Part shown: positions 8,851-18,545 of the stretch, piece by piece
Numbering within the stretch: the stretch's first letter is position 1
Layout: each line of letters begins with the position of its first letter
Origin: Promethearchaeota archaeon
Lineage (GTDB): Archaea; Asgardarchaeota; Hermodarchaeia; Hermodarchaeales; Hermodarchaeaceae
Reading direction: 5' to 3'
NCBI GenBank assembly: GCA_048939245.1
Contig: JBHLPR010000020.1
Coordinates: forward strand, 1 to 37,215
DNA: 37,215 nt
Notes under the pieces: model-generated
What the model was told of the DNA's origin: nothing
Databases searched by the model: none
Seen by the model: only the letters and a program-made list of their open reading frames with translations
Made by a program: the position numbers and the translations under genes

Positions 8851-10704
8851 TTAGACTTCAAAAGCTTCCAATTGCTCTTGTACTTGGGCAACGATTTGCC
8901 CTGTTCGTAGGATTTGCCAAAGTTGGTCTATGGCTTTGTGTAGTAAAAAGTCCTGGGTTAACCGGTCAACAGGTTTTGCTTCATGTTTTAAGTGTCTGGG
9001 TAGGTTCTTATGAATCACATCATACGCGATTTGGCAGCCTTTTCCTAGCGCTAGGGTCTTGTTTAATCGTCGAATGTCTATTCCCTGAATTGCGCAAAGA
9101 TATTCAATCGCAATGATATGTTCTACGTTGTTTAGGATTTCTTGGGCATGGCGTGCAGCGATTGTTCCCATACTCACATGATCTTCCTGATTAGCCGCTG
9201 TGGGTATCGATTGGATACTGGCAGGGGTTGCCAAGGTTTTACACTCCGCTGTTAGTGCCGCAGCCGTCAGTTGGGCGAGTCCAAGTCCAAAATATACCCC
9301 TTGATCTTCGAGTTTAGGATGAATCAGTAGCAAGGGGAGACCGTTGTTCAGTTTATCATCGATTAGGCGAGCGATGCGGCGTTCGGCAATGCTTCCAAGG
9401 CTTGTTAAGGCGATTCCGAGTAAATCCATGACAACCGCGATAGGTTGACCATGAAAGTTTCCACCTGAAAGGAAAATATTTGAGCTGGGGAATATTAGTG
9501 GATTATCGGTAGCAGAATTTATCTCAATTGTCACAATTTTTTCAGCATATTGTATCGCATCACGAGCGGCCCCAAAGACTTGGGGTGTACAGCGGATGGA
9601 GTAAGCATCTTGTACGCGTCGCGTTTTATGAGCGGCATCGATGGCCGCTTCAAACGTTTCAGGGGAAATCTTTAGTTGTTCAAGATGTTTTCGAATCTGA
9701 TTACGTTTGCGTTGTAGATGGCTAACAGAATCTGGGGGTTCAATTGGAATTTGGTTATCAATGGCGATTACTGTATGGATTGCTTGCTGTAGAATTGATT
9801 TCAGTGCTTCATGCTCTTCCTCTGAATCAACACCAAACGATTCATGGAATTTTTTCATGGCAATCTGAGCTTGCTTAGCCCGTTCAGCTGAGGTTTGGAC
9901 TTGAGAGCTTTCCGATAGGACTGCAAAGAGATTTCGTGCAGATTGCAATTGCCCTGGATGTGGGCGAACTTGATGGATACGCGAGTCAAAGGCATCGAGG
10001 ACAGCCTCCAAAGCTTCCATCGAGAGCGCAGCGGCGATTTCTGCTGATGCTACAAGTGTTTGTGCATCAGCTGTGGTGAGAGCCGCAATGGCGGTCATGA
10101 TTTGTGTGCCATTAATGAGGGCTATCCCTTCTTTGGGTCCAAGTTCAATCGGTTTGAGTCCTGCTTGTTTGAGAGCTTGAGCGCCGGTGAGAATTGTACC
10201 CTTATACTCAGCTTCCCCTTCCCCAATTAACACAAGCACCATATGAGCTAGTGGTGCAAGATCACCGCTCGCGCCTACGGAGCCTTTTTCGGGAATGATT
10301 GGGTGGACTTCGTGATTTAGAAGGTCAATGAGGAGTTGCAGTGTTGAAATACGGATTCCAGAGTTGCCCTTCGCGAGCGTATTTGCTCGAAGGAGCATCG
10401 CAGCACGGACTACTTCTTTGGGTAAGGGGTTTCCAACACCAGCGGCGTGACTGATGATTAGGTTTCTTTGTAAGGTCAGAGCTTTATGTTCAGAGATTAT
10501 AACTTCGCTAAACGGTCCAAACCCAGTAGTGACTCCATAGATGATTTCTCCTGAATCAATCAGTTTGTTAATGAAATTTGTCGCGTTTTGGACCTTCTTT
10601 TTAGCTTTGGGAGATAATTTCACTTTGGTTCCATTTCGGGCAACAGATACGATATCATCAATTGTGAGGGTTTCACCATCAATTACTACTTGAGGTTCAC
10701 TCAT
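8851..10704 (-). CDS. hutH: Histidine ammonia-lyase with ~90-aa internal insertion
   Basis: YGVTTGFG; LIISHAAG (HAL-type SH); GSVGASGDLAPL (MIO tripeptide ASG); QDAYSIRC; GGNFHG; QEDHVSMG. GGTGA RBS precedes ATG 10704 (ORF track uses GTG 10713). Confidence 0.95.
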   Translation of the reverse strand: MSEPQVVIDGETLTIDDIVSVARNGTKVKLSPKAKKKVQNATNFINKLIDSGEIIYGVTTGFGPFSEVIISEHKALTLQRNLIISHAAGVGNPLPKEVVRAAMLLRANTLAKGNSGIRISTLQLLIDLLNHEVHPIIPEKGSVGASGDLAPLAHMVLVLIGEGEAEYKGTILTGAQALKQAGLKPIELGPKEGIALINGTQIMTAIAALTTADAQTLVASAEIAAALSMEALEAVLDAFDSRIHQVRPHPGQLQSARNLFAVLSESSQVQTSAERAKQAQIAMKKFHESFGVDSEEEHEALKSILQQAIHTVIAIDNQIPIEPPDSVSHLQRKRNQIRKHLEQLKISPETFEAAIDAAHKTRRVQDAYSIRCTPQVFGAARDAIQYAEKIVTIEINSATDNPLIFPSSNIFLSGGNFHGQPIAVVMDLLGIALTSLGSIAERRIARLIDDKLNNGLPLLLIHPKLEDQGVYFGLGLAQLTAAALTAECKTLATPASIQSIPTAANQEDHVSMGTIAARHAQEILNNVEHIIAIEYLCAIQGIDIRRLNKTLALGKGCQIAYDVIHKNLPRHLKHEAKPVDRLTQDFLLHKAIDQLWQILRTGQIVAQVQEQLEAFEV

Positions 10705-10825
10705 TGGTTTCACCAGCGCGAATCCTCTTTGCCTATCACTTCAAGGCTAAAAAAAGATTCATTTGTGCAGCGTAATGCCATTTCCTTTATATGAGTGCAT
10801 GCTTGAATTAATGGAGCTCAAAAAG

Positions 10826-12403
10826 CTAATTCTTTTGATAGAGAGTGATAGCGATTTGGCTTATCCCGCCCCACTTAGTTTCTTTCCCCGTTGGATAATA
10901 TGTTTCGATTTTTATTGAGTCGTCACTTAGAATGAGTTCGAGTTCCTCAAGCATCCGCAGTTGTTCAGCAACATCCACTGCGCGATAAATGAGTTTCCCA
11001 CGTGCCCGAATGGTAACGGAGCCTTTCCGTTTAATTTGATGCTGGCATGCTCGCACATATTCTACCGTTCTCTTTTTTCCAACATAGACAATATCTTCAA
11101 TCCAGTCTTTTTCAGCCGTAGGAACAGATTCATGGGAGGGAGCAAGTTGAGTAGTGAATTGTGGTGCTTCTTTGGTAGTTCGTGTGATGGTTGAAAATCC
11201 TAAGAGGGGGGGAGTAGGAGTTTCTGTGTCTGAGAATGGAGCCATCTCTTCTGCTTGTTGATCGAGAATTGGAAAAGTTGATGGAGGAGCTTTCGCTTGG
11301 TATGAGTCTAGCTTGGCAATCTCTTCTTCCAGCATCTTCATGGTAAACCGTTGTTTCGGTTTCCAACTTACTGTTCGGTTAAGTAGGTCATTGATGAGTT
11401 TTGGATTTTTTGTATAAATACCCGCCTCGTCTTTTGAAAACAAACTGTCCGTTGTGAGATTTTGCGAGGAGATAAGTGCAGCTTCACCGTCAACGATAAT
11501 ACAATTGGCATGCAGATTGGGACAGGCATGAATCACCACGCGATCATATAAGAACATTTCAATGGCTTCTGGATCCGCTTGGCCTTTCAGCCAATGTTGC
11601 CAACTTACGGAGGTAATCACTTTAACTTGAATGTCTCGCGGGATTGTCTTTAGAATGTATTCAGCAACAGCCATCGAAATAGTGGGAGATACCAGAATGA
11701 TGGATTCCTTCGCTGAGGCAAGAAGATCCTCCAATAAATTGTTCAACCCATTTAAAGTATTTACAAAAACAGTCTTCGTTTTTTGCGGTAATTCAGATGA
11801 AAGAGAATATATCTGGTTAGCTGTCGGATATTCAGCTGAACCTTCATAGAATGCGGCGATATATTGTTGCACTTCCTTTACAAGAGAAGGATCAGAGGCT
11901 ATGAGACCTAATTCGTGAGCGTTTCGGGATTCCTTGGACGAAATATCTGCTGAACCTACAGACACCCTTTCTTCCGTTGCAATTATTTTGAAATGGATAC
12001 GTGGCCTGTGGATAACTTCGACAGCCCGATTCAACGGTTGGCTCATTTGTTGAAGAAGGTCGGAATTGGTTTTATTAGCAACAATTGTTCGCAGAATTAT
12101 TGAGTTATCCGTTGTATCAAGCAGTGTCCGAAATTTCGACTCTGTGAGGCGAGGAAATCCTAACCAAACGAATATTTCAGCAGACTGGATTAAGTATGAA
12201 TATTCCGATTCATAATTTGGGTCGCCCAAGTAAAGAGGGTCTTTGATGTGTTTCTCATCAGCGACTGAAAGTAAATCTATGATAATGGGAAAGATTTTCG
12301 TCTGAATCTTGTGATGAAACTCCCATATGAACATCAAGATTACTGAGCCTATGATAAGAATAATGGCTAACGCAGGAAACATTTCCGAACCTAGCTCGCC
12401 CAT
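10826..12403 (-). CDS. Membrane-anchored protein: N-terminal TM + two degenerate phospholipase D-like domains + Pro/Thr linker + C-terminal Alba domain
   Basis: TM at aa ~9-27. HFKIIATEERVSVGSAD and HANCIIVDGEAALISSQNLT are PLD-type motifs. The last 89 aa (VYVGKK...Y...TIRARGKLIYRAVDVAE...ISQIAITL) are Alba-like. Confidence 0.82.
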   Translation of the reverse strand: MGELGSEMFPALAIILIIGSVILMFIWEFHHKIQTKIFPIIIDLLSVADEKHIKDPLYLGDPNYESEYSYLIQSAEIFVWLGFPRLTESKFRTLLDTTDNSIILRTIVANKTNSDLLQQMSQPLNRAVEVIHRPRIHFKIIATEERVSVGSADISSKESRNAHELGLIASDPSLVKEVQQYIAAFYEGSAEYPTANQIYSLSSELPQKTKTVFVNTLNGLNNLLEDLLASAKESIILVSPTISMAVAEYILKTIPRDIQVKVITSVSWQHWLKGQADPEAIEMFLYDRVVIHACPNLHANCIIVDGEAALISSQNLTTDSLFSKDEAGIYTKNPKLINDLLNRTVSWKPKQRFTMKMLEEEIAKLDSYQAKAPPSTFPILDQQAEEMAPFSDTETPTPPLLGFSTITRTTKEAPQFTTQLAPSHESVPTAEKDWIEDIVYVGKKRTVEYVRACQHQIKRKGSVTIRARGKLIYRAVDVAEQLRMLEELELILSDDSIKIETYYPTGKETKWGGISQIAITLYQKN

Positions 12404-12562
12404 TTGCTGGAAATTCGTCCACCCTTAGGCGATATCTTCTTATTTTATCTTTTGGCAGTAAATGCAGATTGTTGTATGTTTAATAGATTGTTATAAATTT
12501 CGAAGGGAAGTCTAGTCAAATCCTGCGAAAAGCCACTTCTTTATGATTTTCTTATTGAATAT

Positions 12563-14212
12563 TTATGACTCCTGTCGAAGATAGGAATGAGAGGACCAAC
12601 TAAGGAGAATAAGTACAAGGCATATTGTATAGGGTGCTACGAGTATTGAGCTCAAGATCATAAGGACAACACCCCCAGGAAGAAATCCCAGTTGAAAAAT
12701 AAGTACGGGAATAATTGCTACCCACGAAATGACAGGGAAGGTGATCATAAGAGCGACTGGTGTTTCGTTCTTAGCGCGTGACGAGTAGGGATAACGACTT
12801 CCTAATCCCACACCAATAGCTGTAGCGATTAATACAGCATGGGGTAGTATTGCGAATGCTATTGCCAGCAAGTAGGGGTTTCCGAGAAGAGTGGCAAAAT
12901 AAATTGCGAAGGGAATTGCCAGACAGATGGGTGTGACGAGAAATTCAGAGTACTTGATAAAAGTGAGTTTTAACGGTGCGACTGGTGACAGACGAACAAG
13001 ATAGATACTGCCATACTCTCCCTGAAAAGGATCAGCTGAAGATATTGCAAGCAGGGGTATTATTACAACAAGTAGGACAGCATACAATGTTTCAATAGCT
13101 GGTACCAAATCGAATGGAATCGGAAGCGGAGAACCTAACAAGGGAAATATCAGAATAAATATGAATGCAAACACAAAATTCGAGATCAATCCGATTAGAT
13201 AGAAGATTTTTCCGGGTTTGCGTATTCCCGTCACAAAATCTTTCTTAAACAGAGCTCGAAGGGGAGTTGTTGTAGCAGAGAAGATGATTGGGAGCCGACT
13301 TAGCGCCCCAAGTGTTGTTCCTCTTTGTCGGGTGACTGCAGCAAGTTCCTCGTAGAGATCAATGGTTATCTTACTTGTAAGCCAGCGAGTGAGACTCAAG
13401 ATAACCAAATAGGCAACAACTAACCCAAAGAGTACCCAAGGAAGTGCAGGAAAATAGAGATAGGTAAAACTTCCCTCTGATCCTAATGAGGCCCCACTGA
13501 ATATTATGGCTACAAGCATGTATGCAAGATTGTACAAAGGTGAGGGAAGAAGACCTCCATTGACCAACCACATGGGACTCAACACCAAGAGAACCCCGAT
13601 TATCAATCCAAAATAGAAGAAGACACGAAAGAGAAGTTGCTTGGGGCGTGGTTGTGACATTAATTTGCGTATGGCATAAAGCCCTTGAGTAGCAATCGAT
13701 CCAATTTCAGCAAGGAGAAAGGCAATAATTACAAAGAGGGCAAACATTTCCAGAGTTAATCCGAAATTAACTCCAAAGTACCATAAGATTGGTTGAAAGG
13801 CAACAATGATGTACAAAAAGATCAAGAGCCGTCGTGAGATAGAACGAATGTATTTTGCTGAGTAGAAGACGTGGGCTTGAATGGGTGCCGGAAGTAAGTA
13901 ATCAGCATCAGCTTGTTCAGATTGAGAACTTAGTGGAACACCCATAACAGCTTTGACAATTTGTTGGGCAATGATTAGAGAGAGTACTGCATAAACGATC
14001 CAAATCGTATTGCTGCCAATGAGGCCACTATCGATTGTAAGCCAATAGAGAGCGCCTCGTAATGGAACAGGGAATACAAAGATGAGCGACCAGAGGAACC
14101 ATATCACAAGAATAACGATCGCCATGGAGAGAATCTGTAACGTGATGAAGGTAGGTTGGCGAATGGATTTCCGAAGATAGTTCCAGGCTCGTCTGAGCTC
14201 CCACCGTGCCAC
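12563..14212 (-). CDS. ABC transporter permease (ABC-2/EcsB-like exporter, internally duplicated)
   Basis: About 12-14 TMs, two related halves (DYLLPAPI...FYSAKY / YLVRLSPV...TFIKY), directly downstream of the ABC ATPase. Confidence 0.8.
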   Translation of the reverse strand: MARWELRRAWNYLRKSIRQPTFITLQILSMAIVILVIWFLWSLIFVFPVPLRGALYWLTIDSGLIGSNTIWIVYAVLSLIIAQQIVKAVMGVPLSSQSEQADADYLLPAPIQAHVFYSAKYIRSISRRLLIFLYIIVAFQPILWYFGVNFGLTLEMFALFVIIAFLLAEIGSIATQGLYAIRKLMSQPRPKQLLFRVFFYFGLIIGVLLVLSPMWLVNGGLLPSPLYNLAYMLVAIIFSGASLGSEGSFTYLYFPALPWVLFGLVVAYLVILSLTRWLTSKITIDLYEELAAVTRQRGTTLGALSRLPIIFSATTTPLRALFKKDFVTGIRKPGKIFYLIGLISNFVFAFIFILIFPLLGSPLPIPFDLVPAIETLYAVLLVVIIPLLAISSADPFQGEYGSIYLVRLSPVAPLKLTFIKYSEFLVTPICLAIPFAIYFATLLGNPYLLAIAFAILPHAVLIATAIGVGLGSRYPYSSRAKNETPVALMITFPVISWVAIIPVLIFQLGFLPGGVVLMILSSILVAPYTICLVLILLSWSSHSYLRQES

Positions 14213-14222
14213 GGTGACCGTA

Positions 14223-15005
14223 CTAACCGCGTCCAGTGTTCCTACCTCCCCGTAATGTCCGGATATAATAGTCCTCTAAAGCAGTTCCACCTCCAACTTG
14301 GCGACGTAACTCTTCTACAGTTCCGGAAGCAACCTTCACACCTTTTGAGATAATGGTAAATTCATCACTTACTTCTTCAGCGACACTTAGATTATGAGTA
14401 GAGAGTAAAATGGTACTTCCGTTTTGAGCTAGTTCTCGGATTATCTTCTTGAGTACGTACCCGCCTTCCGGATCTAGTCCATATAGGGGTTCATCCATTA
14501 ACATGACCCGAGGATTACGGATTAGTAACCCACACAATATTGCCCGTTGAAGCATTCCACGAGAGAGTTCTCCAAGATATTTGTTTAAGAACCCATGGAT
14601 TTCAAAGCGGTTGATATATTCTAATCGGCGACGGTTGAATTCTGGTTCTGGAATCTGGTATAAACTTCCGATAAAGGAGAGGAATTCGTGCACTCTGAGG
14701 GTCTCATAGGCTGTGGGAGCATCTGGAAGAAACCCAAGATTCGTTTTTGCCCGCCAGGATTCTCTTAGCATATCGTAGCCCATTACGAAAATGCCTCCTT
14801 GGTTTGGACGACTGAGCCCTCCAATAAGACGAAGGGTAGTGGTTTTCCCAGCCCCGTTCGGACCAACAAGCGCGTGGACAATTCCTTGTCGTACTTGGAG
14901 ATTAAAGCGATTAACCGCCAAAACCCCAGGCGGGAAAATCTTCGTGAGCCGGATAGTTTCTAAAGCCAGGACTTGTTCGTTCGCTTTAATTGCCGTATCT
15001 GACAT
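14223..15005 (-). CDS. ABC transporter ATP-binding protein
   Basis: Walker A GPNGAGKTT, signature LSRGM, Walker B LMDEP, STH switch. Confidence 0.95.
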   Translation of the reverse strand: MSDTAIKANEQVLALETIRLTKIFPPGVLAVNRFNLQVRQGIVHALVGPNGAGKTTTLRLIGGLSRPNQGGIFVMGYDMLRESWRAKTNLGFLPDAPTAYETLRVHEFLSFIGSLYQIPEPEFNRRRLEYINRFEIHGFLNKYLGELSRGMLQRAILCGLLIRNPRVMLMDEPLYGLDPEGGYVLKKIIRELAQNGSTILLSTHNLSVAEEVSDEFTIISKGVKVASGTVEELRRQVGGGTALEDYYIRTLRGGRNTGRG

Positions 15006-15246
15006 CGCGATGACCTCTTAATGATATCTCATTATGCTTCTCCTTATCTAATCTCGGGGGCACTATTTGAGCACTAAATAATGACTCACAACCGTGCCAA
15101 ATTTGTTCCCATTCACCGTACCAAGTAGATTGACTGCTTATCGCTAGTTTGTGAAGTACGGCATGTTGACTCCTACAATCTTATTATAGGTTTTTATCTT
15201 GGCAAGAAACACACCACAGGAATTGCTCTGTAGGACCAAGTAACAT

Positions 15247-15519
15247 TCAGTTTATTTCAGATGAATGATCTGATTTCCTGGACAGCGAAGAAGTTGTTAA
15301 AAGAAGATACAAACTGAAAATGAAGATCACTACGAAGATACCTGAGGAGATAAAAAAGAAACTAGTCTTGAAAAAATCTGAGCCTAAGATAGGGAACGAA
15401 GGGGGCCAGAAAGGTGATGTCCAACCAATTGCGAATAAGATTGCCCCAATAGATAAAAGAGACGAGGCTAGAATCCAACGACCCCGATCTGATAAGTTGA
15501 GCTCCATAACTGATACCAC
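15247..15519 (-). CDS. Small two-TM membrane protein
   Basis: Two hydrophobic segments; codirectional, 62 bp downstream of the P-type ATPase. Confidence 0.55.
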   Translation of the reverse strand: MVSVMELNLSDRGRWILASSLLSIGAILFAIGWTSPFWPPSFPILGSDFFKTSFFFISSGIFVVIFIFSLYLLLTTSSLSRKSDHSSEIN

Positions 15520-15581
15520 TTACCTAGTGACGTCTCTACTAAATGAGAGTGTTTCCGAATATCTTGCCTTAACTGTTTCTC

Positions 15582-18431
15582 TTAACTAGCTGGGGGAGTT
15601 GATACTTTTTTATCAGCGATGATAGTTGCACGTCGCATTTGATATCGAATCAGTAATTTGTAGATTTCAACAACAACAAAAACCAGCAAGGAAAGAAGGA
15701 TGATGATAATCCAATCTTGGAGTAGTAATGGGACTGTACGAAAGACTACTTGGAGAGGGGGAAAATACACGATCATCAGTTGAAGGAGAAGTGAGATTCC
15801 AACGGCTAAGAGGAGATAACGATTCTTGAAAAAGCCGACTTGAAAGAGGGAGAGATGACCCGACCGGGAATTCAGCGCGTGGACCATTTGGGTCATGACA
15901 AGCAGTGTCAAAGCTAAGGTTCCCGCTCGTAGAACAGCTTCTTCCGGAGTAAAGCCGATAGCGGGACTGGTGAGATTTATCATGCAAATGGTGAAAAGAC
16001 CTAGCGTCACAAAGGCTATCGTTATTCCGACAAGCCAAATGAGAACCCAAACCCGTCTTGTTATGACACCTTCTTGAGGATCTCTGGGTTTCCGACTCAT
16101 CACATCAGGTTCCATAGGGTCCATTCCCAGTGCCAAAGCGGGGAGTCCATCTGTGACTAAATTGATGAAGAGAATTTGAATAGCCAAAAGAGGTAGAGGC
16201 CATCGGAAAAAGACGGATAGGGTGATGCTGGCTAAGAAAATAACTAGGATTTCCCCTGCGTTACATGAAAGAAGATAGGAGATGAATTTTCGCGTGTTAT
16301 CTCCGATACCGCGGCCTTCTTCAATTGCATTGACAATAGAGGCATAATTATCATCAGTCAAAATCATATCGGAGGCTTCTTTCGCTACATCTGTCCCAGT
16401 GACGCCCATGGCGATACCAATATCTGCATATTTGAGGGCAGGAGCATCATTGACGCCATCACCAGTCATGGCTGTAATGTGTCCGCGCGACTTGAGTGCT
16501 TGCACAATACGAAGCTTATGTTCAGGCGAGACACGTGCATAGACACGTACTTGTGGAGCCGCATCAGTAAGATCTTCATCGGAAAGGGCGTCGAGAGCAC
16601 TTCCTGTAAGAACGGCATCATCTTCCTCAAACATACCGAGTTCATTGGCAATGGCGACGGCAGTGTATTGATTATCACCTGTAATCATGACGGATTTGAT
16701 ACCAGCTCCGCGGGCGATTTTTATTGAGTCAAGCACTTCTGGTCGGGGTGGATCCATCATACCTGTAAGACCAACAAAGACCAAATTAATTTCCACACCG
16801 TCAGGTGATATATCGCAGAGGTCTTCAGGACAGATTCGATAGGCCATTCCAAGAACGCGTAAGGCCTTATTTGCCATTTTATCGTTGTTACTAAGGATTT
16901 CTCCACGCTGATCTTTAGTTAGTGGTTGAATGCCGTTTTTGGTATAAATATGAGTACTTTGCTGGAGAACGACTTCCGGAGCACCTTTAATGTAAGCGAT
17001 GGTTTCCTGTTCAGGACTGTCATGAAGTGTGGACATGCGTTTGCGGTCTGGATCAAAGGGAAGTTCAGCAATGCGGGGATATTCCTTCAGGAGGGTTTCG
17101 GTATAACCGGCTTTTTGTGCAGCAACAACTAGGGCCCCCTCAGTTGGATCACCGACCACTTCCCAGCCATCATCTTGCTGTCGAACCATAGCATTGCTAC
17201 AGAGTGCCCCGATTCGAAGCAGCAGGGCAAGTTGAATATTATCTAACGGATTAATTTGCTGACCATCAACAAAAAAGGATCCCTCAGGTGAGTATCCAGC
17301 TCCAGTGACAGTGACTGAATAGTCAGGAACATAAAGCTCACGGACGGTCATTTCATCCTTAGTTAGGGTGCCAGTTTTATCTGAGCAAATGATATCCGCT
17401 GAGCCAAGGGTTTCTACGGCAGGCAGACGCCGAATTATGGCATTGCGTTTTACCATCCGTTGAACACCCAATGCGAGTGTGATAGTGACGACAGCGGGGA
17501 GTCCTTCCGGGATAGCAGCCACAGCTAAAGCGACTGCGATAACAAAAAGGTCGAGAAAAGTTGAGAAGTCAAGGATAGTAAATAACCAATCAACAACAAC
17601 CTGAACGGTTAGCACAGTCATACAGATGATGAGGATGGCAATGCCAAGTTGTCGACCCAACTGTCGCATTCGTTTCTGTTGAGGCGTCTCCTTTTCTCCT
17701 GCCTCTGAAATGAAGCCCGCGATACGTCCAATTTCGGTATTCATTCCAGTTTCGGTGACAACAGCAAGACCTCGACCCGAAGTGATTGCGGTGCTTGCAC
17801 GTACCATATTTGCCTGCTCGGCAAGGGGAATATTACGGTCAAAAATCCTGTCCGCTTCTTTTTTCACAGGCAAAGATTCCCCAGTCAGGGAGGCTTCATC
17901 AGTGTAGATGTTATGGGATTCGATGAGACGAGCATCAGCGGGCAAGCGATCGCCCATCTCAAGACGTAAGATGTCTCCAGGAACAACTTCTGTGGCAGGA
18001 ACATCGATAGGTTCCCCATCACGAAGGACATGGGCTTGAGGGGCTGCCATTTTTTGTAGTGCTTCGATGGATTTTTCTGCACGATACTCCTGGGTGAAGC
18101 CTAGGATGGCGTTAATCACCACAATAATCATGATGACAATAGAATCGACTGGAGCTTCCGGTATTCCACTCATTATGCTAGCATAGACGTTGACCACCAG
18201 GGAGATTATCGCAGCGAAAATTAGAATGATAACCAGTGTATCCTTGAATTGGGAGAGAAACATCGAGAGGGCGCCGGGTCCCTTCACTTCTTCAAGGGCA
18301 TTGGGACCATATTCAACCAACCGACGTTGCGCTTCCTCCTGGCTTAATCCGTCGTTTTTGACCTGCAACTGTTTCATGACTGCAGCGGCGTCCTCAGTGT
18401 GTGGATGAGGTGTTTTATTATTCAAAGACAC
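15582..18431 (-). CDS. Calcium-translocating P-type ATPase (type IIA, SERCA/PMR1-like)
   Basis: TGES, PEGLP, DKTGTLT, KGAPE, MITGD, TGDGVNDAPAL, NLVTDGLPA motifs. Confidence 0.95.
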   Translation of the reverse strand: MSLNNKTPHPHTEDAAAVMKQLQVKNDGLSQEEAQRRLVEYGPNALEEVKGPGALSMFLSQFKDTLVIILIFAAIISLVVNVYASIMSGIPEAPVDSIVIMIIVVINAILGFTQEYRAEKSIEALQKMAAPQAHVLRDGEPIDVPATEVVPGDILRLEMGDRLPADARLIESHNIYTDEASLTGESLPVKKEADRIFDRNIPLAEQANMVRASTAITSGRGLAVVTETGMNTEIGRIAGFISEAGEKETPQQKRMRQLGRQLGIAILIICMTVLTVQVVVDWLFTILDFSTFLDLFVIAVALAVAAIPEGLPAVVTITLALGVQRMVKRNAIIRRLPAVETLGSADIICSDKTGTLTKDEMTVRELYVPDYSVTVTGAGYSPEGSFFVDGQQINPLDNIQLALLLRIGALCSNAMVRQQDDGWEVVGDPTEGALVVAAQKAGYTETLLKEYPRIAELPFDPDRKRMSTLHDSPEQETIAYIKGAPEVVLQQSTHIYTKNGIQPLTKDQRGEILSNNDKMANKALRVLGMAYRICPEDLCDISPDGVEINLVFVGLTGMMDPPRPEVLDSIKIARGAGIKSVMITGDNQYTAVAIANELGMFEEDDAVLTGSALDALSDEDLTDAAPQVRVYARVSPEHKLRIVQALKSRGHITAMTGDGVNDAPALKYADIGIAMGVTGTDVAKEASDMILTDDNYASIVNAIEEGRGIGDNTRKFISYLLSCNAGEILVIFLASITLSVFFRWPLPLLAIQILFINLVTDGLPALALGMDPMEPDVMSRKPRDPQEGVITRRVWVLIWLVGITIAFVTLGLFTICMINLTSPAIGFTPEEAVLRAGTLALTLLVMTQMVHALNSRSGHLSLFQVGFFKNRYLLLAVGISLLLQLMIVYFPPLQVVFRTVPLLLQDWIIIILLSLLVFVVVEIYKLLIRYQMRRATIIADKKVSTPPAS

Positions 18432-18495
18432 GTCCGTCCATTGGTGAGCAGGTCATACACATTCGTTTGTTATTCAGGCTCTCAGCGCGTCTCGT

Positions 18496-18503
18496 TTATA
18501 TAA
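18496..18503 (-). promoter_or_regulatory. Putative archaeal TATA box for the P-type ATPase gene
   Basis: TTATATAA on the minus strand in the 114-bp gap between atpE and the P-type ATPase start. Confidence 0.35.
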
Positions 18504-18545
18504 CATTGTGCTTTAAGAGCGGAGAATAATAATCTGAACTTGTTA

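Noticed and set aside
9625-9894. Intein explanation for the HutH insertion
   Set aside because: No C-terminal HN followed by C/S/T and no Hint-block motifs; helical composition.
15160-15178. TGACTCCTAC resembling the 3' end of a fluoride riboswitch
   Set aside because: The required upstream GGxGATGGAGT-type pairing segment is absent, and there is no downstream gene on that strand.
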